From an uncultured Alphaproteobacteria bacterium (GTDB taxonomy: Bacteria > Pseudomonadota > Alphaproteobacteria > RF32 > CAG-239), in the NCBI GenBank assembly GCA_944391505.1, contig CALXTV010000008.1, positions 2,109 through 66,108 of the forward strand: 64,000 nucleotides of DNA, written 5' to 3'. Each line of letters starts with the position of its first letter. The stretch's first letter is position 1. This document shows, piece by piece, positions 1-10,694 of the stretch. The notes under the pieces were generated by a model. That model was not told the DNA's origin. It saw nothing but the letters and a program-made list of their open reading frames with translations, and searched no databases. Position numbers and translations under genes: made by a program.

Positions 1-1777
1 CCGCTGTTTTTTTGCTGATTCCTTCAACTTTTTCAATATCTTTGACCGAGGCCTGGGAAACTGCCTCTACCGAACCGAAATAATTCAGCAGGTCATGCTT
101 CCGCCGGCTGCCGATTCCGTCCACCTCGTCCAGCCGGGATTTTGAAATTGACTTGGCGCGTCTTTTGCGGTGCGTTCCGATAGCAAAACGGTGCGCCTCG
201 TCGCGCAGATTCTGCATATAAAAAGCAATCGGCGACTGAAACGGCAGAGCAAAGCTTTCCCGCCCGGCCATATGGTAAAATTCCTTGCCCGCATTCCGAT
301 CCGGTCCTTTGGAAATGGCTATAATCGAAATGCCGGAGAGGTCAAAATCCTTAAGACATTCGTGTACGGCATGCAGTTGGCCGAGACCGCCGTCAAGCAA
401 AATCACGTCCGGTCTGTTTTCCGGCGTCATCCGGTTAAAACGACGGGTCAGCACTTCTTTCATCATCGCAAAATCGTCATTGGTAATTTCGGAATTTTTG
501 ATATTAAAAGTGCGGTACTGCTTCTTGTCAAAACCCTCCGGCGTCGCCACCACCATGGCGCCGATGGCATAACTTCCCTGAATATGCGAATTGTCATAAA
601 CCTCAATCCGCTGCGGTATCCGCGGCAGATTGAAAATCCGCACAAATTCTTCCAGATTGCTTTTAACCGACGCCTCTTCGGCAATTTTACGGTCAATCGA
701 CGCCAGCGCGTTTTCCTTGGCATTGGCCGCCAGCTTGGCCTTATTGCCTTTCTGATAGGTATTGATTTTGGCACCGGTGGCTTCTTCAAGAAAATCTTTG
801 TTTTCCAGTTCTTCGGAAAGAATAATTTCTTTCGGCGGAATATGACGCGTATAAAAACTGCTCAGAAAAGCCTCAAGAATTTCGCCGGCCGAAGCACCCT
901 CAACCCGCTTCGGAAAATAAGGCACGTTTCCGCAGTTTTGCCCCGAACGCACAAAAAAGACCTGAATGCAGACCAAATCGTTTTTACGTGCCAGCGCAAT
1001 AATGTCTGCCGACTTAATGTCCGCATATTCTACCTGATTTCCCTGCTGAATATTGGTCAGCGCCCGGATGCGGTCACGCAGCACCATTGCCAGCTCATAA
1101 TTCTGCACATCGCTGGCCTCCTGCATTTTTCGCGACAGTTCTTCCTGAATCTTAGAGTTTTTTCCTTCCAGAAAATCCACCGCATCGCGCACCAGCCGCC
1201 GATAGTTTTCCGGCGAAATTTTACCGACGCAGGGAGCCGAACAGCGTTTAATCTGATACATCAGACACGGCCGGTCGCGATGTTTGAAAACACTGTCGCG
1301 GCAGGTTCGCAGCAAAAAAGCCTTCTGCACCGTATCCAGTGTGGAGTTAACCGCCAGCACGCTGGCAAACGGCCCGAAATATTTGCTTTTGTCATGACGC
1401 TTGCCGCGATATTTGCGCAAGCACGGAAATTCCGATTGTATGTCAATCACCAGATGCGGAAAAGTCTTGTCGTCTTTAAGCAGAATATTGTAACGCGGCT
1501 CAAGCTTTTTAATCAGCTCGTTTTCCATCAGTAACGCCTTGGCCTCGTTTTCAACAATAATAAACTCCATCCGCCTGATTTCCGAAACCATCCGCTGCAA
1601 ACGAACCGGCAGCTTGTCGATATGCGAATAGGCGACGATTCTCTTTTTTATGTTTTTGGCCTTGCCCACATACAAAACTTTGTCGCCCTCGCCCAGCATC
1701 CGATATACGCCGGGCTTTTCGGGAGCAATCTTAATGTTTTTTTTCAGAACTGATAAACCGTGTTTGATATCCGCCAC
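1..1777 (-). CDS. uvrC: Excinuclease ABC subunit C; 3' end runs off the window, so it is absent from the ORF track
   Basis: Manual translation from GTG at 1777 (GGAGG upstream): MADIKHGLSVLKKNIKIAPEKPGVYRMLGEGDKVLYVGKAKN (GIY-YIG motif); HhH-like end ...KVEGISKKTA at the window edge. Confidence 0.95.
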   Translation of the reverse strand, partial: MADIKHGLSVLKKNIKIAPEKPGVYRMLGEGDKVLYVGKAKNIKKRIVAYSHIDKLPVRLQRMVSEIRRMEFIIVENEAKALLMENELIKKLEPRYNILLKDDKTFPHLVIDIQSEFPCLRKYRGKRHDKSKYFGPFASVLAVNSTLDTVQKAFLLRTCRDSVFKHRDRPCLMYQIKRCSAPCVGKISPENYRRLVRDAVDFLEGKNSKIQEELSRKMQEASDVQNYELAMVLRDRIRALTNIQQGNQVEYADIKSADIIALARKNDLVCIQVFFVRSGQNCGNVPYFPKRVEGASAGEILEAFLSSFYTRHIPPKEIILSEELENKDFLEEATGAKINTYQKGNKAKLAANAKENALASIDRKIAEEASVKSNLEEFVRIFNLPRIPQRIEVYDNSHIQGSYAIGAMVVATPEGFDKKQYRTFNIKNSEITNDDFAMMKEVLTRRFNRMTPENRPDVILLDGGLGQLHAVHECLKDFDLSGISIIAISKGPDRNAGKEFYHMAGRESFALPFQSPIAFYMQNLRDEAHRFAIGTHRKRRAKSISKSRLDEVDGIGSRRKHDLLNYFGSVEAVSQASVKDIEKVEGISKKTA

Positions 1778-1867
1778 TCTAACCGCCTCCGGACAAATAA
1801 AAGTCTATGACAATGTAATGGCTGCCACGCTTAAAATCAAACTCTTTCTGAAAGAAGACAAATATTT

Positions 1868-1899
1868 TTAATGAAAACTTAAAAAATCTGTGGTATACT
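1868..1899 (+). promoter_or_regulatory. Perfect CtrA box (TTAA-N7-TTAA, 1868-1882) at the -35 position of a promoter with -10 TATACT (1894-1899)
   Basis: TTAA-TGAAAAC-TTAA, 11 nt, then TATACT. Confidence 0.6.
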
Positions 1900-1924
1900 G
1901 AATTCTGATTTAAGGAGAAAGAAA

Positions 1925-2098
1925 ATGTCCGAACTGGGTGCTCTGAGTTCTTATGCTTTATCCGTTCAGCAGATGCAGATGTCGCTGATTAAAAATGCCG
2001 TTGAAATGCAGCAGGAAGTCATTGAAGTTTTGCTGGACGGCAGCCGTATGGTATCTCCGTCTCCAACCAACGGACACAATGTCGACATCTCTGTCTGA
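1925..2098 (+). CDS. 57-aa small protein, YjfB-like putative motility protein
   Basis: AAGGAG RBS; MSELGALSSYALSVQQMQMSLIKNAVEMQQEVIEVLLDGSRMVSPSPTNGHNVDISV; C-terminal G-x-x-VD-h-x-h; terminator follows. Confidence 0.65.
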   Translation: MSELGALSSYALSVQQMQMSLIKNAVEMQQEVIEVLLDGSRMVSPSPTNGHNVDISV

Positions 2099-2115
2099 TT
2101 AAAGTTTTTTTTACC

Positions 2116-2144
2116 AAGGAACACCCCGCGGGGTGTTCTTTTTT
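2116..2144. terminator. Intrinsic terminator between convergent genes
   Basis: GAACACCC-CGCG-GGGTGTTC followed by a T-run. Confidence 0.75.
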
Positions 2145-2463
2145 ATGTCAGACTGATCATGGACAAGAACGAAATCATCAGAATACCGGACAGAAAAAAC
2201 TTCAGCGCCGAGCCGAGCACATTCAGCATTGTCGCACCGACGTCAAGATCATAACCGCCCTCCCGGTATACTTTTTTAAAAACAAAATTATATATAAAAG
2301 CAATCAGCACACCCAGCAGATAAAAACGATAGTCAAAAAACAACGCCGTCATCTGCTCTGCCGTCAGATAAATGTAACAGAAAATTCCGGTAAAAATCCC
2401 GAGCAGCACCATCGGGTTGAAAATGGCTCCCGACGTAAAGAGAGACAAAATACCTTTAATCAA
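2143..2463 (-). CDS. Small hypothetical membrane protein (about 3 TM)
   Basis: Hydrophobic 106-aa ORF overlapping the upstream ORF by 4 nt. Confidence 0.7.
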   Translation of the reverse strand: MIKGILSLFTSGAIFNPMVLLGIFTGIFCYIYLTAEQMTALFFDYRFYLLGVLIAFIYNFVFKKVYREGGYDLDVGATMLNVLGSALKFFLSGILMISFLSMISLT

Positions 2464-2669
2464 ATCGTCTTACCCCAAACCCGCCGCGAAAAGATTCTGG
2501 CATCACGGCTTTCCGAAGCGCTCGGCCACACACAGCGCGAACCGCTGCTGACCATATTCCCGTTTTTAAAAGTCGTCGTTGCCAGCAACGAAAGATTGCC
2601 GCGCTTTTTAATCTGATAGGGTTTGTTCTTTTCCCAGTCAAAACCGGTGTGTGTGTTATTCATTATCAA
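2460..2669 (-). CDS. Hypothetical small basic protein
   Basis: GAGG RBS upstream; 4-nt overlap with the next gene; start uncertain. Confidence 0.45.
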   Translation of the reverse strand: MIMNNTHTGFDWEKNKPYQIKKRGNLSLLATTTFKNGNMVSSGSRCVWPSASESRDARIFSRRVWGKTI

Positions 2670-2752
2670 GCCTCGCTTTCGTATAGATACAAGTCTATAT
2701 AGTATTAACTTTAGGCAAATAAAGTAAACAAATGTTTAACCCATGCCGAACT

Positions 2753-4123
2753 TTAGGGCATAACCTTTACGGACTCGTACCCGGGGGCCTGTTCCAAAAC
2801 CGCGGAAATTTCACGGTTAATCTCATCAGCAAACGCAGCGTCGTCGCTCCAGACCCAAACCTGTATCTTTGGTTCGGTACCCGACTTTCTTACCAAAATC
2901 CGCCCTTTGCCTTCAATCTTCCGTTCGCCTTCGGCTATGGCTTTTTTAAAGGCGGGCAGTTCAAAAGCGGCCAGCATTTCCTCCTTGCCTGCAAAACGGG
3001 TATCAACGCGTTTTTTATACATCGGAACAAACAACGGAAAAATTTCGCTCATTTTTTTGCCGCTCTCCAACAGTCCCCTGCTGACTATTAACGCGGCAAT
3101 CATCGCATCACCGGTACGGGCATAGTCGGAAAGCACCATATGCCCCGATTCTTCGCCGCCGACATTGGCACCGTGTTTCTTCATTTCTTCAATCACATAA
3201 CGTTCGCCGACCCCGGAACGCACACAGTCAATACCCGCAGCCTGCAAAAAACGATCCAGCGCCGGATTGGAAACAATCGTCGCCACCACCGTATTGCCCT
3301 TAAGCAGCGATTTTTCCTTCAGATACCGCCCCAAAAAGGCAATAACCTGATCACCGTCAAGACGGACACCTTTTTCATCGCAGATAATAATTCTGTCGCC
3401 GTCGCCGTCCACTGCAATTCCGAGCTGGGCATGAGAGCCGAGCACCGTTTCGACCATTTTCTCAATATCCTGCGAACCGCAGTCTTTATTAATGTTCCAG
3501 CCGTCCGGTTTATTTCCCGTGGCGATTACCCCGGCACCGAGTTCCATAAACACTCTGGGCATAATCTCCGAAAAAACCCCGTTGGCGCAATCCAAAACCA
3601 CCCGCAGACCTTTCAAGGGCTTTCCGGCCGGCAAGGCAGACATCGCCTGAACAATATATTTGTTAACCAGTGTTTCTTCGCTGCTGACCCGGCCGATTTT
3701 TTCCGGCGAAAGCGCAAATTCACCCTTGGCAATCAGCTCTTCCAGCTCTGACGTCACCTTGTCCGAAAACTTTGAACCATCGGCCGCAATCAGTTTAATC
3801 CCGTTGTCGTGCCACGGATTGTGCGAAGCGGTAATCATCACGGACATATCAACCCTCAAATCCGGCGTCAGTGTCGTTACCGCCGGAGTCGGCAGAACAC
3901 CGAGGCGGATGACGTCAACACCGGCCGATACAAATCCGGCAATCATCGCAGCCTCGAGCATTTCGCCGGAAAGACGCGTATCCCGACCGATGGCGACACG
4001 ATGTTCTTTGGTGCAGGTTAACTGCCCGGCAGCCGTCGCCAGCTTCAGGGCAAACTCTGCCGTCATCGGATAAATATTAGCCTTACCGCGCACGCCGTCG
4101 GTGCCGAATAATTTTGCGCCCAT
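2753..4123 (-). CDS. glmM: Phosphoglucosamine mutase
   Basis: LFGTDGVRG start, ITASHNP phosphoserine loop, DGDGDR, GGEESGH, SGTEP; ATG 4123 has an RBS. Confidence 0.97.
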   Translation of the reverse strand: MGAKLFGTDGVRGKANIYPMTAEFALKLATAAGQLTCTKEHRVAIGRDTRLSGEMLEAAMIAGFVSAGVDVIRLGVLPTPAVTTLTPDLRVDMSVMITASHNPWHDNGIKLIAADGSKFSDKVTSELEELIAKGEFALSPEKIGRVSSEETLVNKYIVQAMSALPAGKPLKGLRVVLDCANGVFSEIMPRVFMELGAGVIATGNKPDGWNINKDCGSQDIEKMVETVLGSHAQLGIAVDGDGDRIIICDEKGVRLDGDQVIAFLGRYLKEKSLLKGNTVVATIVSNPALDRFLQAAGIDCVRSGVGERYVIEEMKKHGANVGGEESGHMVLSDYARTGDAMIAALIVSRGLLESGKKMSEIFPLFVPMYKKRVDTRFAGKEEMLAAFELPAFKKAIAEGERKIEGKGRILVRKSGTEPKIQVWVWSDDAAFADEINREISAVLEQAPGYESVKVMP

Positions 4124-4266
4124 TACTGAAATCCTTTCCAAACAAATTTTACAATGCTTCATATCATAAAACCCGGACATAAAAAAACAACACCCGAGAA
4201 CAGATATTCACCTCAAGTGTTGTTAATATTTGTTACAGTCCGACCTTTCCGGCCGCAGTCAAATGC

Positions 4267-6132
4267 CTAAATCTCGGGAATGGAGGCATGTGTCCGTTTT
4301 TCCTCACAAACCGGACATTCCTTGGATTTGTCCACCTTTTCACCAGCCAAAACCTGCTTGATTTCGTCACCGGTCAGGGTTTCATATTCCATCAGAGCCT
4401 GTGCCAGTGTCTCCCATTCCTTGCTTTTCTCCTTAAGCAGCTTCTGTGCGCCGGCATAGCCTTCGGTAACCAGACGCTTGATTTCGGCATCAACCAGCCG
4501 TGCGGTGTCCTCACTCATGTTTTTGTTCTGCGTAACCGACTTGCCGAGAAAAACCTCACCGGAATTTTCGGCATACAGGACCGGTCCGAGCTTGTCACTC
4601 ATACCCCATTCGGTAACCATGGAACGAGCCAGATTGGTTGCCGCGGAAATATCGGCGGAAGCGCCAGAGGTAACCTTATCGTAACCGAACTTCATCTCTT
4701 CGGCCACCCTGCCGCCCATCAGAATAATCAGGCGCGACAGCATCTTGGAACGCGAATAGGAATACTGATCTTTTTCCGGAAGCTGCTGTACCATACCCAA
4801 AGCCCGCCCACGCGGAATAATCGTTGCCTTGTGTATCGGATCGGTATCCGGCACAAACAGCGAACAGATGGCATGACCGGCTTCATGATAAGCCGTCAAT
4901 GTTTTCTCCGCCTCATCCATCGCCATTGAACGACGCTCATTGCCCATCAGAACTTTGTCCTTGGCATCATCAAAATCTTTTGAGGTAACTTTGTTTTTGT
5001 TCTTGCGAGCCGCCAGCAGTGCCGCCTCATTAACCAGATTCGCCAGATCAGCGCCGGAAAACCCAGGCGTGCCGCGGGCAATAATCGACAAATTGACGTC
5101 TTTGGCCAAAGGTACCTTGCGGGTATGCACCTTCAGAATATCCTCACGCCCTTTAATGTCCGGATTCGAAACCGTAACCTGACGGTCAAAACGCCCCGGA
5201 CGCAGCAAAGCCGGATCAAGAACGTCCGGACGGTTGGTCGCCGCAATCAGAATAACGTTCTCGTTTGGTTCAAAACCGTCCATCTCGACCAGAAGCTGGT
5301 TCAGCGTCTGTTCACGCTCGTCGTTTCCGCCGCCCAAACCGGCACCGCGATGACGTCCGACCGCATCAATTTCGTCAATAAACAACAGACAGGGCGCATT
5401 CTTCTTCGCCTGAGCAAACATATCGCGGACACGCGACGCACCCACGCCGACAAACATCTCGACAAAGTCCGAACCCGAAATCGAGAAAAACGGAACATTT
5501 GCTTCACCGGCTACCGCTTTAGCCAGCAGCGTTTTACCGGTTCCCGGAGGGCCGACCAGAAGAACGCCCTTCGGAATTTTACCGCCCAAACGCTGAAACT
5601 TGGACGGATCTTTCAGAAAATCAATAACCTCTTCCAGTTCCTGTTTGGATTCGTCAGCACCGGCCACATCGGCAAAAGTGACCTTTTTGGTGTTTTCAAT
5701 CAGCCGGGCACGCGACTTCCCGAAACTCATCGCCTTATTGTTTCCGGAACTGGCCTGACGCATGAAATATACCCAAACGCCGATAAGCAAAATCATCGGG
5801 AACCACGAAATCAACACGCTCCAAAAAGTTCCGGCAGCACTGCCTTCCGGCTTTGCTGTAACTTTCACGCCGCTGCTGCGCAGTGTTTCGACCATTGTCG
5901 GATCCTCCGGCGCATAAGTATAAAACTTGTGCCCATCCACATACGAACCCGAAATCTCCGCGCCCGTAATCGTTACTTCGCTGATTCGCTTGTTTTCAAC
6001 GTCTTTCATAAAATCGGAAAACGCCAGATTCTCTGCCGTTGCCTGAGCCGAACCCTCTCCGAACACATTCATCAGAGACGTCAGCAGCACAATGGCTATC
6101 AGCCAGACAATAATACTTCTTCCTGCTCTCAT
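4267..6132 (-). CDS. ftsH: ATP-dependent zinc metalloprotease FtsH
   Basis: 2 TM segments, [11 protein letters not shown] motif, HEAGH. Confidence 0.98.
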   Translation of the reverse strand: MRAGRSIIVWLIAIVLLTSLMNVFGEGSAQATAENLAFSDFMKDVENKRISEVTITGAEISGSYVDGHKFYTYAPEDPTMVETLRSSGVKVTAKPEGSAAGTFWSVLISWFPMILLIGVWVYFMRQASSGNNKAMSFGKSRARLIENTKKVTFADVAGADESKQELEEVIDFLKDPSKFQRLGGKIPKGVLLVGPPGTGKTLLAKAVAGEANVPFFSISGSDFVEMFVGVGASRVRDMFAQAKKNAPCLLFIDEIDAVGRHRGAGLGGGNDEREQTLNQLLVEMDGFEPNENVILIAATNRPDVLDPALLRPGRFDRQVTVSNPDIKGREDILKVHTRKVPLAKDVNLSIIARGTPGFSGADLANLVNEAALLAARKNKNKVTSKDFDDAKDKVLMGNERRSMAMDEAEKTLTAYHEAGHAICSLFVPDTDPIHKATIIPRGRALGMVQQLPEKDQYSYSRSKMLSRLIILMGGRVAEEMKFGYDKVTSGASADISAATNLARSMVTEWGMSDKLGPVLYAENSGEVFLGKSVTQNKNMSEDTARLVDAEIKRLVTEGYAGAQKLLKEKSKEWETLAQALMEYETLTGDEIKQVLAGEKVDKSKECPVCEEKRTHASIPEI

Positions 6133-6191
6133 CGTGATTCCTTACAGTTTAATTACAGCTTATTCATATATAGGGAGGATTTACCTAAAAC

Positions 6192-7259
6192 TCAAGAGCT
6201 TTTATAAAGACTGAGTTTCAGTTTGTAGGGAAGCGAAAGGCGCTCATACTGCGGATGCAAAGCGACATAAGCCTCCCAGTCTTTTTTTGACAGACGAACC
6301 AGCCCTTTAAGTTCAGGAACAATCCACAATTTATTGCGAAAAGACAAGATTTCGCAGCCGGCCAGTGTCGCACCGCGAAACTTTTCGGTAAACAGCCGCT
6401 GCTGCAAACGCTCGACATCGTCGGCACGCGGAATATAATCACGACGGCCGATTTCTTTCAGCAGCGAACACAAGACCCTGAAACAAATTTCTGCCGGCAA
6501 AATCTCCAACTGTTTTACCGAAACGGAAACACCGGCCGTACCGTAGCGACAGACATAGTGACGGATAAAATGCGCTGTTTGTTCCTCCAGACAATCCCGG
6601 CTCCGCGCCAAAACCGACATCGTATCGACAATCCGCTCCGGCGTAATATCAAGAGCCGCCGTCAACTGCGGCAAAAATTTGCGCACCCGCACCCGCAGAT
6701 AATCGTCACAGGCATTGCTCGCATCTTCAACCCAGGAAACTTTCTGTGCGCGCAAAAAATTTTTCAGTTTATCCGGATGAACCGATAACAGCGGCCGAAT
6801 AAGCCGGATAGAATTTTTTTCGCTGACGGGAGCCATACCGCACAAACCGTTTAAGCCGCTGCCACGCTGCAAACGCATCAAAAAGGTTTCCGCCTGATCC
6901 AACAAATGATGCGCCACCGCCAGCGTACCGATGCCATTTTCGGAACACCAGCCGCAAAGCAGATTATAACGAGCCGTTCGCGCCACTTCTTCAATACCTT
7001 TTTCCGGTTTTTCCCCTTTCCATATCAGAATATGATGTTCAATTTGGCGTTCTGCTGCCAGTTTTGCGACATATTCGGCCTCGGCGCGGGATTCCGGACG
7101 TAAACCGTGGTCCACCGTCAGAGCGACAACCCGGCGACCCTGCGGGCGCAAAAAAGCATCCAACATCAAAAGCAGCGCCAATGAATCGGCACCGCCGGAA
7201 ACTCCGGCCGCAACAATATCGTCATCAATCTGATATTTTTCAAAAAATTCCTGCAACAT
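6192..7259 (-). CDS. tilS: tRNA(Ile)-lysidine synthase
   Basis: SGGADS, VDHGLR, AHHLLDQAET; conserved position before ftsH. Confidence 0.96.
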   Translation of the reverse strand: MLQEFFEKYQIDDDIVAAGVSGGADSLALLLMLDAFLRPQGRRVVALTVDHGLRPESRAEAEYVAKLAAERQIEHHILIWKGEKPEKGIEEVARTARYNLLCGWCSENGIGTLAVAHHLLDQAETFLMRLQRGSGLNGLCGMAPVSEKNSIRLIRPLLSVHPDKLKNFLRAQKVSWVEDASNACDDYLRVRVRKFLPQLTAALDITPERIVDTMSVLARSRDCLEEQTAHFIRHYVCRYGTAGVSVSVKQLEILPAEICFRVLCSLLKEIGRRDYIPRADDVERLQQRLFTEKFRGATLAGCEILSFRNKLWIVPELKGLVRLSKKDWEAYVALHPQYERLSLPYKLKLSLYKSS

Positions 7260-7358
7260 TGTTTACACACATATTCAAAGCGCCTCTTTTCCGAAAAACC
7301 GGTTTGTACGACACTGCGTCAGAAAGATTTCGGCTCAGAGAAACATCATCACGCTTTT

Positions 7359-8204
7359 TTACTTGCAGCCAAGCTTCGAAGCCTCACTCTTTGCCCGGTT
7401 GAGAAGCGCGGCTTCGGCTTTCGGAAATTCTTTCGGCAGCGACGTAAAGGCAACACAGGCCTCCTCATTTTTCTTCAGTTCGCGCATGGACATACCGAGT
7501 TTCAGCAAACTGTCCGGACCTTTCGGCCCCTTATATTTTTCATAGCCCTTGGCAAAAGCCACCGCCGCTTTGGTAAAATCTTTGCGGCCGTAATAAACCT
7601 CTCCCAGCCAGTACTGTGCATTTCCGGCCAGCTTGTCTTCCGGGAATTTGCCCAGAATGGTATTAAACTTTTCCTCGGCAAGCTTATCGTTTCCGGCTTT
7701 CAGAGCTTCCAGACCTTCCTGATATATGCTTTTGACATCGGCGCTTTTCAGGGGTTTCAAATCATCACCTTTAATGCTGTCGCCGACAATCGACTTCGGA
7801 GCATCTTTTGCCACCGGCGCCGCAAACTTATTTTTTGCCGGTAGTTCCAGAGAACCGCTGCTGCTGACCGGTTTTCCCTCCAACATCTTGAAACGAACGT
7901 CAATATCCTTGTTCATAACGTCCAAACGTTCGTTAAGTTTTTTGATTTTAAATTCCAGCTCGTCGGTCTTGCCGATAACCTGCCGCAACAGTTCGTCAAA
8001 CTGCCCTATCTGCACGGATACGTTTTTTGACGAAGTCAGACTGTTAACATCTGCATTGTTATTCTGATAAACCTGGCGCTGCAAAAAGGTAACGTCTTCG
8101 CGTAATTGCGCCAGCTCTTCCTCAAAAGTCCCCGTCTGGGCCAATGCCGTTCCCGAAACCCCGGCCAAAACGGCCGCCAATGCGATTACTCTGAACTTTT
8201 TCAT
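7359..8204 (-). CDS. cpoB: Tol-Pal protein YbgF/CpoB
   Basis: Signal peptide, coiled coil, TPR with NAQYWLGE; lies after pal. Confidence 0.93.
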   Translation of the reverse strand: MKKFRVIALAAVLAGVSGTALAQTGTFEEELAQLREDVTFLQRQVYQNNNADVNSLTSSKNVSVQIGQFDELLRQVIGKTDELEFKIKKLNERLDVMNKDIDVRFKMLEGKPVSSSGSLELPAKNKFAAPVAKDAPKSIVGDSIKGDDLKPLKSADVKSIYQEGLEALKAGNDKLAEEKFNTILGKFPEDKLAGNAQYWLGEVYYGRKDFTKAAVAFAKGYEKYKGPKGPDSLLKLGMSMRELKKNEEACVAFTSLPKEFPKAEAALLNRAKSEASKLGCK

Positions 8205-8307
8205 TTCTGACCTCGATAAAATATTGATTCTGTTTTACTTCACCCGCTTAAGATAGAATAAAAGTTTCCTAATCACAAGTCCAAAAAGCCGGTTTCCCAC
8301 CAGCACA

Positions 8308-8340
8308 AAAAAAAGAACGTACCCGAAAGCACGTTCTTTT
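8308..8340 (-). terminator. Terminator/hairpin after pal
   Basis: AAAAGAACGT...ACGTTCTTTT inverted repeat. Confidence 0.65.
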
Positions 8341-8367
8341 CCGAACTCTTACGATACCGTAAGCTGA

Positions 8368-8832
8368 TTAGTTGGCAGCTTTAACAACAGTAACGGCACG
8401 ACGGTTCTGAGCCCAGGCTGCTTCGTTGTTGCCGAGGACGGCCGGACGCTCTTTACCATAGGAGATTACAGAGATTCTGTCTGCTGCAATACCCTGAGAT
8501 ACCAGATACTGTTTAACGGCATTGGCACGACGCTCACCCAAAGCCAGGTTGTATTCGCGGGTACCTCTTTCATCGCAGTAACCCTGAACGATGACGTTAA
8601 CTTTCTTGTGGTCTTTCAACCATTTAACCTGAGTATTCAAGACTTCTACGGCATTGTCGGACAAAGCAGAGCTGTCAAAAGCAAAGAATACTCTGTCTTC
8701 TGCATTGGCCATGAAGTCGCGGGCTTCTCTGGATTCACATTCACTGCCGCCGAAGAGGCCGCCGTTGGAACCGACAGAAGAGCAACCTGATAAGAAAGCG
8801 ATTGCGCAAAACAAACTTAAAAGTTTTTTCAT
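8368..8832 (-). CDS. pal: Peptidoglycan-associated lipoprotein
   Basis: Lipobox LSGC; DERGTREYNLALGERRA; NRRA. Confidence 0.97.
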   Translation of the reverse strand: MKKLLSLFCAIAFLSGCSSVGSNGGLFGGSECESREARDFMANAEDRVFFAFDSSALSDNAVEVLNTQVKWLKDHKKVNVIVQGYCDERGTREYNLALGERRANAVKQYLVSQGIAADRISVISYGKERPAVLGNNEAAWAQNRRAVTVVKAAN

Positions 8833-8970
8833 TTCATATTCTCCAATTGGGTTTAATGTTTTTAATTGCTAAACAACTAATACAGCTTTAACTTAAGCAA
8901 TAAAAATTTATTTTTCAATAACAAAAGTAAAAAAGGACTCAAAAAAACAAAAAAAAATCCCGCAGACACA

Positions 8971-9012
8971 AAAAAAGAAGGCTTTTTCTGATAAAAAGCC
9001 TTCTTTTTTTTT
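8971..9012. terminator. Bidirectional-type terminator
   Basis: AAAAAAGAAGGCTTTT..AAAAGCCTTCTTTTTT. Confidence 0.8.
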
Positions 9013-9021
9013 ACAAATTAT

Positions 9022-9762
9022 TCAACCCTCAAGCTCCTTTTGCGAAAGCGTTCGCCTGGGCCGTATGTCTCCCGTATAATCCAGACAAAAGCCCAGAAAA
9101 CGGGTTGAACAATAACACCCCGGCTGCAAAACCTCTCCGATTTCCACGGTTGAAGCTTCATAATCCAAAATTGTTCCCGAATTCGGCATACAGATTAAAA
9201 CCCGCAATTCTTCATCTTTATCCCAATAGCACAAGATTCTTCCGAAAGAATTCAGTTTATCTGCAAGCCGAAAATAGAACCAGTCGGGTGTTTCACAAAG
9301 TTTTCTGCCCTTTACCTTGGAAACCATCCAATCAAAAGCGGCATCAACTTTTTTCGCCTGAAATTGCTCACCGTTGTCAAGCAGAAGCCGGCACCGAAAG
9401 TGTCCGTTTTCCGGCCAAACGTAATACGTCTGCGAATAGAGACAGCGTTTGCCGTTTTTTCCGGCCACGGTCAACCTGGCGGCACCAAGTCTGGCAACGT
9501 AAAAATCAGCGCCCTTCCGCGGTGTTTTGGAAACCAAAACTTTTTCCGCATACCGGTCGGCCGCATACTGATAACTTCCGTCATCAAGCTTGGCCGAAAT
9601 GGCAACCTGCATCGGTCCTTCCTGAACAAAAGCGGGATTATAGGCAAAAAAACCGTCCAGATTATCCACCAGTTCTTTTATTCGTTCCGAAAAAGGAACC
9701 GGACGTTCTTTGGATTTTTTGCCGCCGACTACCGGAATTCTGGATATCTTAGGCGCACTCAT
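9022..9762 (-). CDS. Hypothetical protein, paralog of 9759..10538
   Basis: Shared motifs YNP..QEGP.Q, VLVSKTP, RCL...T.Y, LLDN, FGR, CM.NSGTIL; ATGA overlap. Confidence 0.8.
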   Translation of the reverse strand: MSAPKISRIPVVGGKKSKERPVPFSERIKELVDNLDGFFAYNPAFVQEGPMQVAISAKLDDGSYQYAADRYAEKVLVSKTPRKGADFYVARLGAARLTVAGKNGKRCLYSQTYYVWPENGHFRCRLLLDNGEQFQAKKVDAAFDWMVSKVKGRKLCETPDWFYFRLADKLNSFGRILCYWDKDEELRVLICMPNSGTILDYEASTVEIGEVLQPGCYCSTRFLGFCLDYTGDIRPRRTLSQKELEG

Positions 9763-10538
9763 CGTATAACCGCGTTGACATTATCCGAACTGACCCGGGT
9801 AACGATGTTATCAGACACCATTCGGAAACGCAGCAGCGGATTTACCATATCGGCATGCCCGCCTTTTCGGAACGGATCGGAAATTTTAATCTCCGCATTC
9901 GGAATATCCGGCAGGATAGTCCCCGAATTAAGCATACAGGCAATAGCACGCTGTTGACCGGTGCCGTCAGTATAAAAACCGACCCGACCGAAATCCCGCA
10001 CTTCGCTATATGCAAAATTACACCATTGCGGCTGCTGTTCGGACATTTTTCCACCCAAACGTTTGACGACAATTTGCAGGGCAAAATCGACCCGGTCCGC
10101 ATACAGCCAGTCGTTGTTATCCAAAAGCTTATCCAGATGAATAACGCCGGCATCGTCAATATGCAGATAAAACGTATTGGCAAACAAACAACGTTGAAAA
10201 CGCCGGTGCGAACTGGCACAGTTTCGGGCTTCGCCGAGTTGTGCCACAAAATATCTGCTTCCGCGCAAAGGCGTTTTTGAAACCAGTACGTCCTCAAGAA
10301 ACTCATTTCTTCCGAGTTGATAAGCGCCGACGTCTTTTGTTGCGGAAACAACAATCTGTACCGGCCCCTCCTGTGCATATTCGGGATTATATTCCAGAAA
10401 GCGGTCAAATTTCTTGGACAGGAGCTCAACTTTCTCATGCGGTTTCAGCCGGCTTTCCCAATAACGCTTCGATTTTACTTCTCCGACACCTTCAGCTGCT
10501 GACAATGTCAGGTCTGAAACAATAATTTTCTTTTCCAT
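9759..10538 (-). CDS. Hypothetical protein, paralog of 9022..9762
   Basis: Same motifs; promoter TTGACA-17-TATTCT upstream on the minus strand. Confidence 0.8.
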   Translation of the reverse strand: MEKKIIVSDLTLSAAEGVGEVKSKRYWESRLKPHEKVELLSKKFDRFLEYNPEYAQEGPVQIVVSATKDVGAYQLGRNEFLEDVLVSKTPLRGSRYFVAQLGEARNCASSHRRFQRCLFANTFYLHIDDAGVIHLDKLLDNNDWLYADRVDFALQIVVKRLGGKMSEQQPQWCNFAYSEVRDFGRVGFYTDGTGQQRAIACMLNSGTILPDIPNAEIKISDPFRKGGHADMVNPLLRFRMVSDNIVTRVSSDNVNAVIR

Positions 10539-10694
10539 AACTTTTCAATTTAGAAATGAATTAATAATAAGCATAATTTTAATTTACGGTCGGCAGAATA
10601 CCTCTTTTGACAAATTTTGTCAATATACTCAAATTCTGTTTTTAAAACAACAACAGGTCTGCCCGATGGGACAAACCTGTCGTCAAATAAGCAA

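Noticed and set aside
170-1534. 454-aa plus-strand ORF
   Set aside because: Antisense shadow of uvrC, which the ORF track missed because its stop is outside the window
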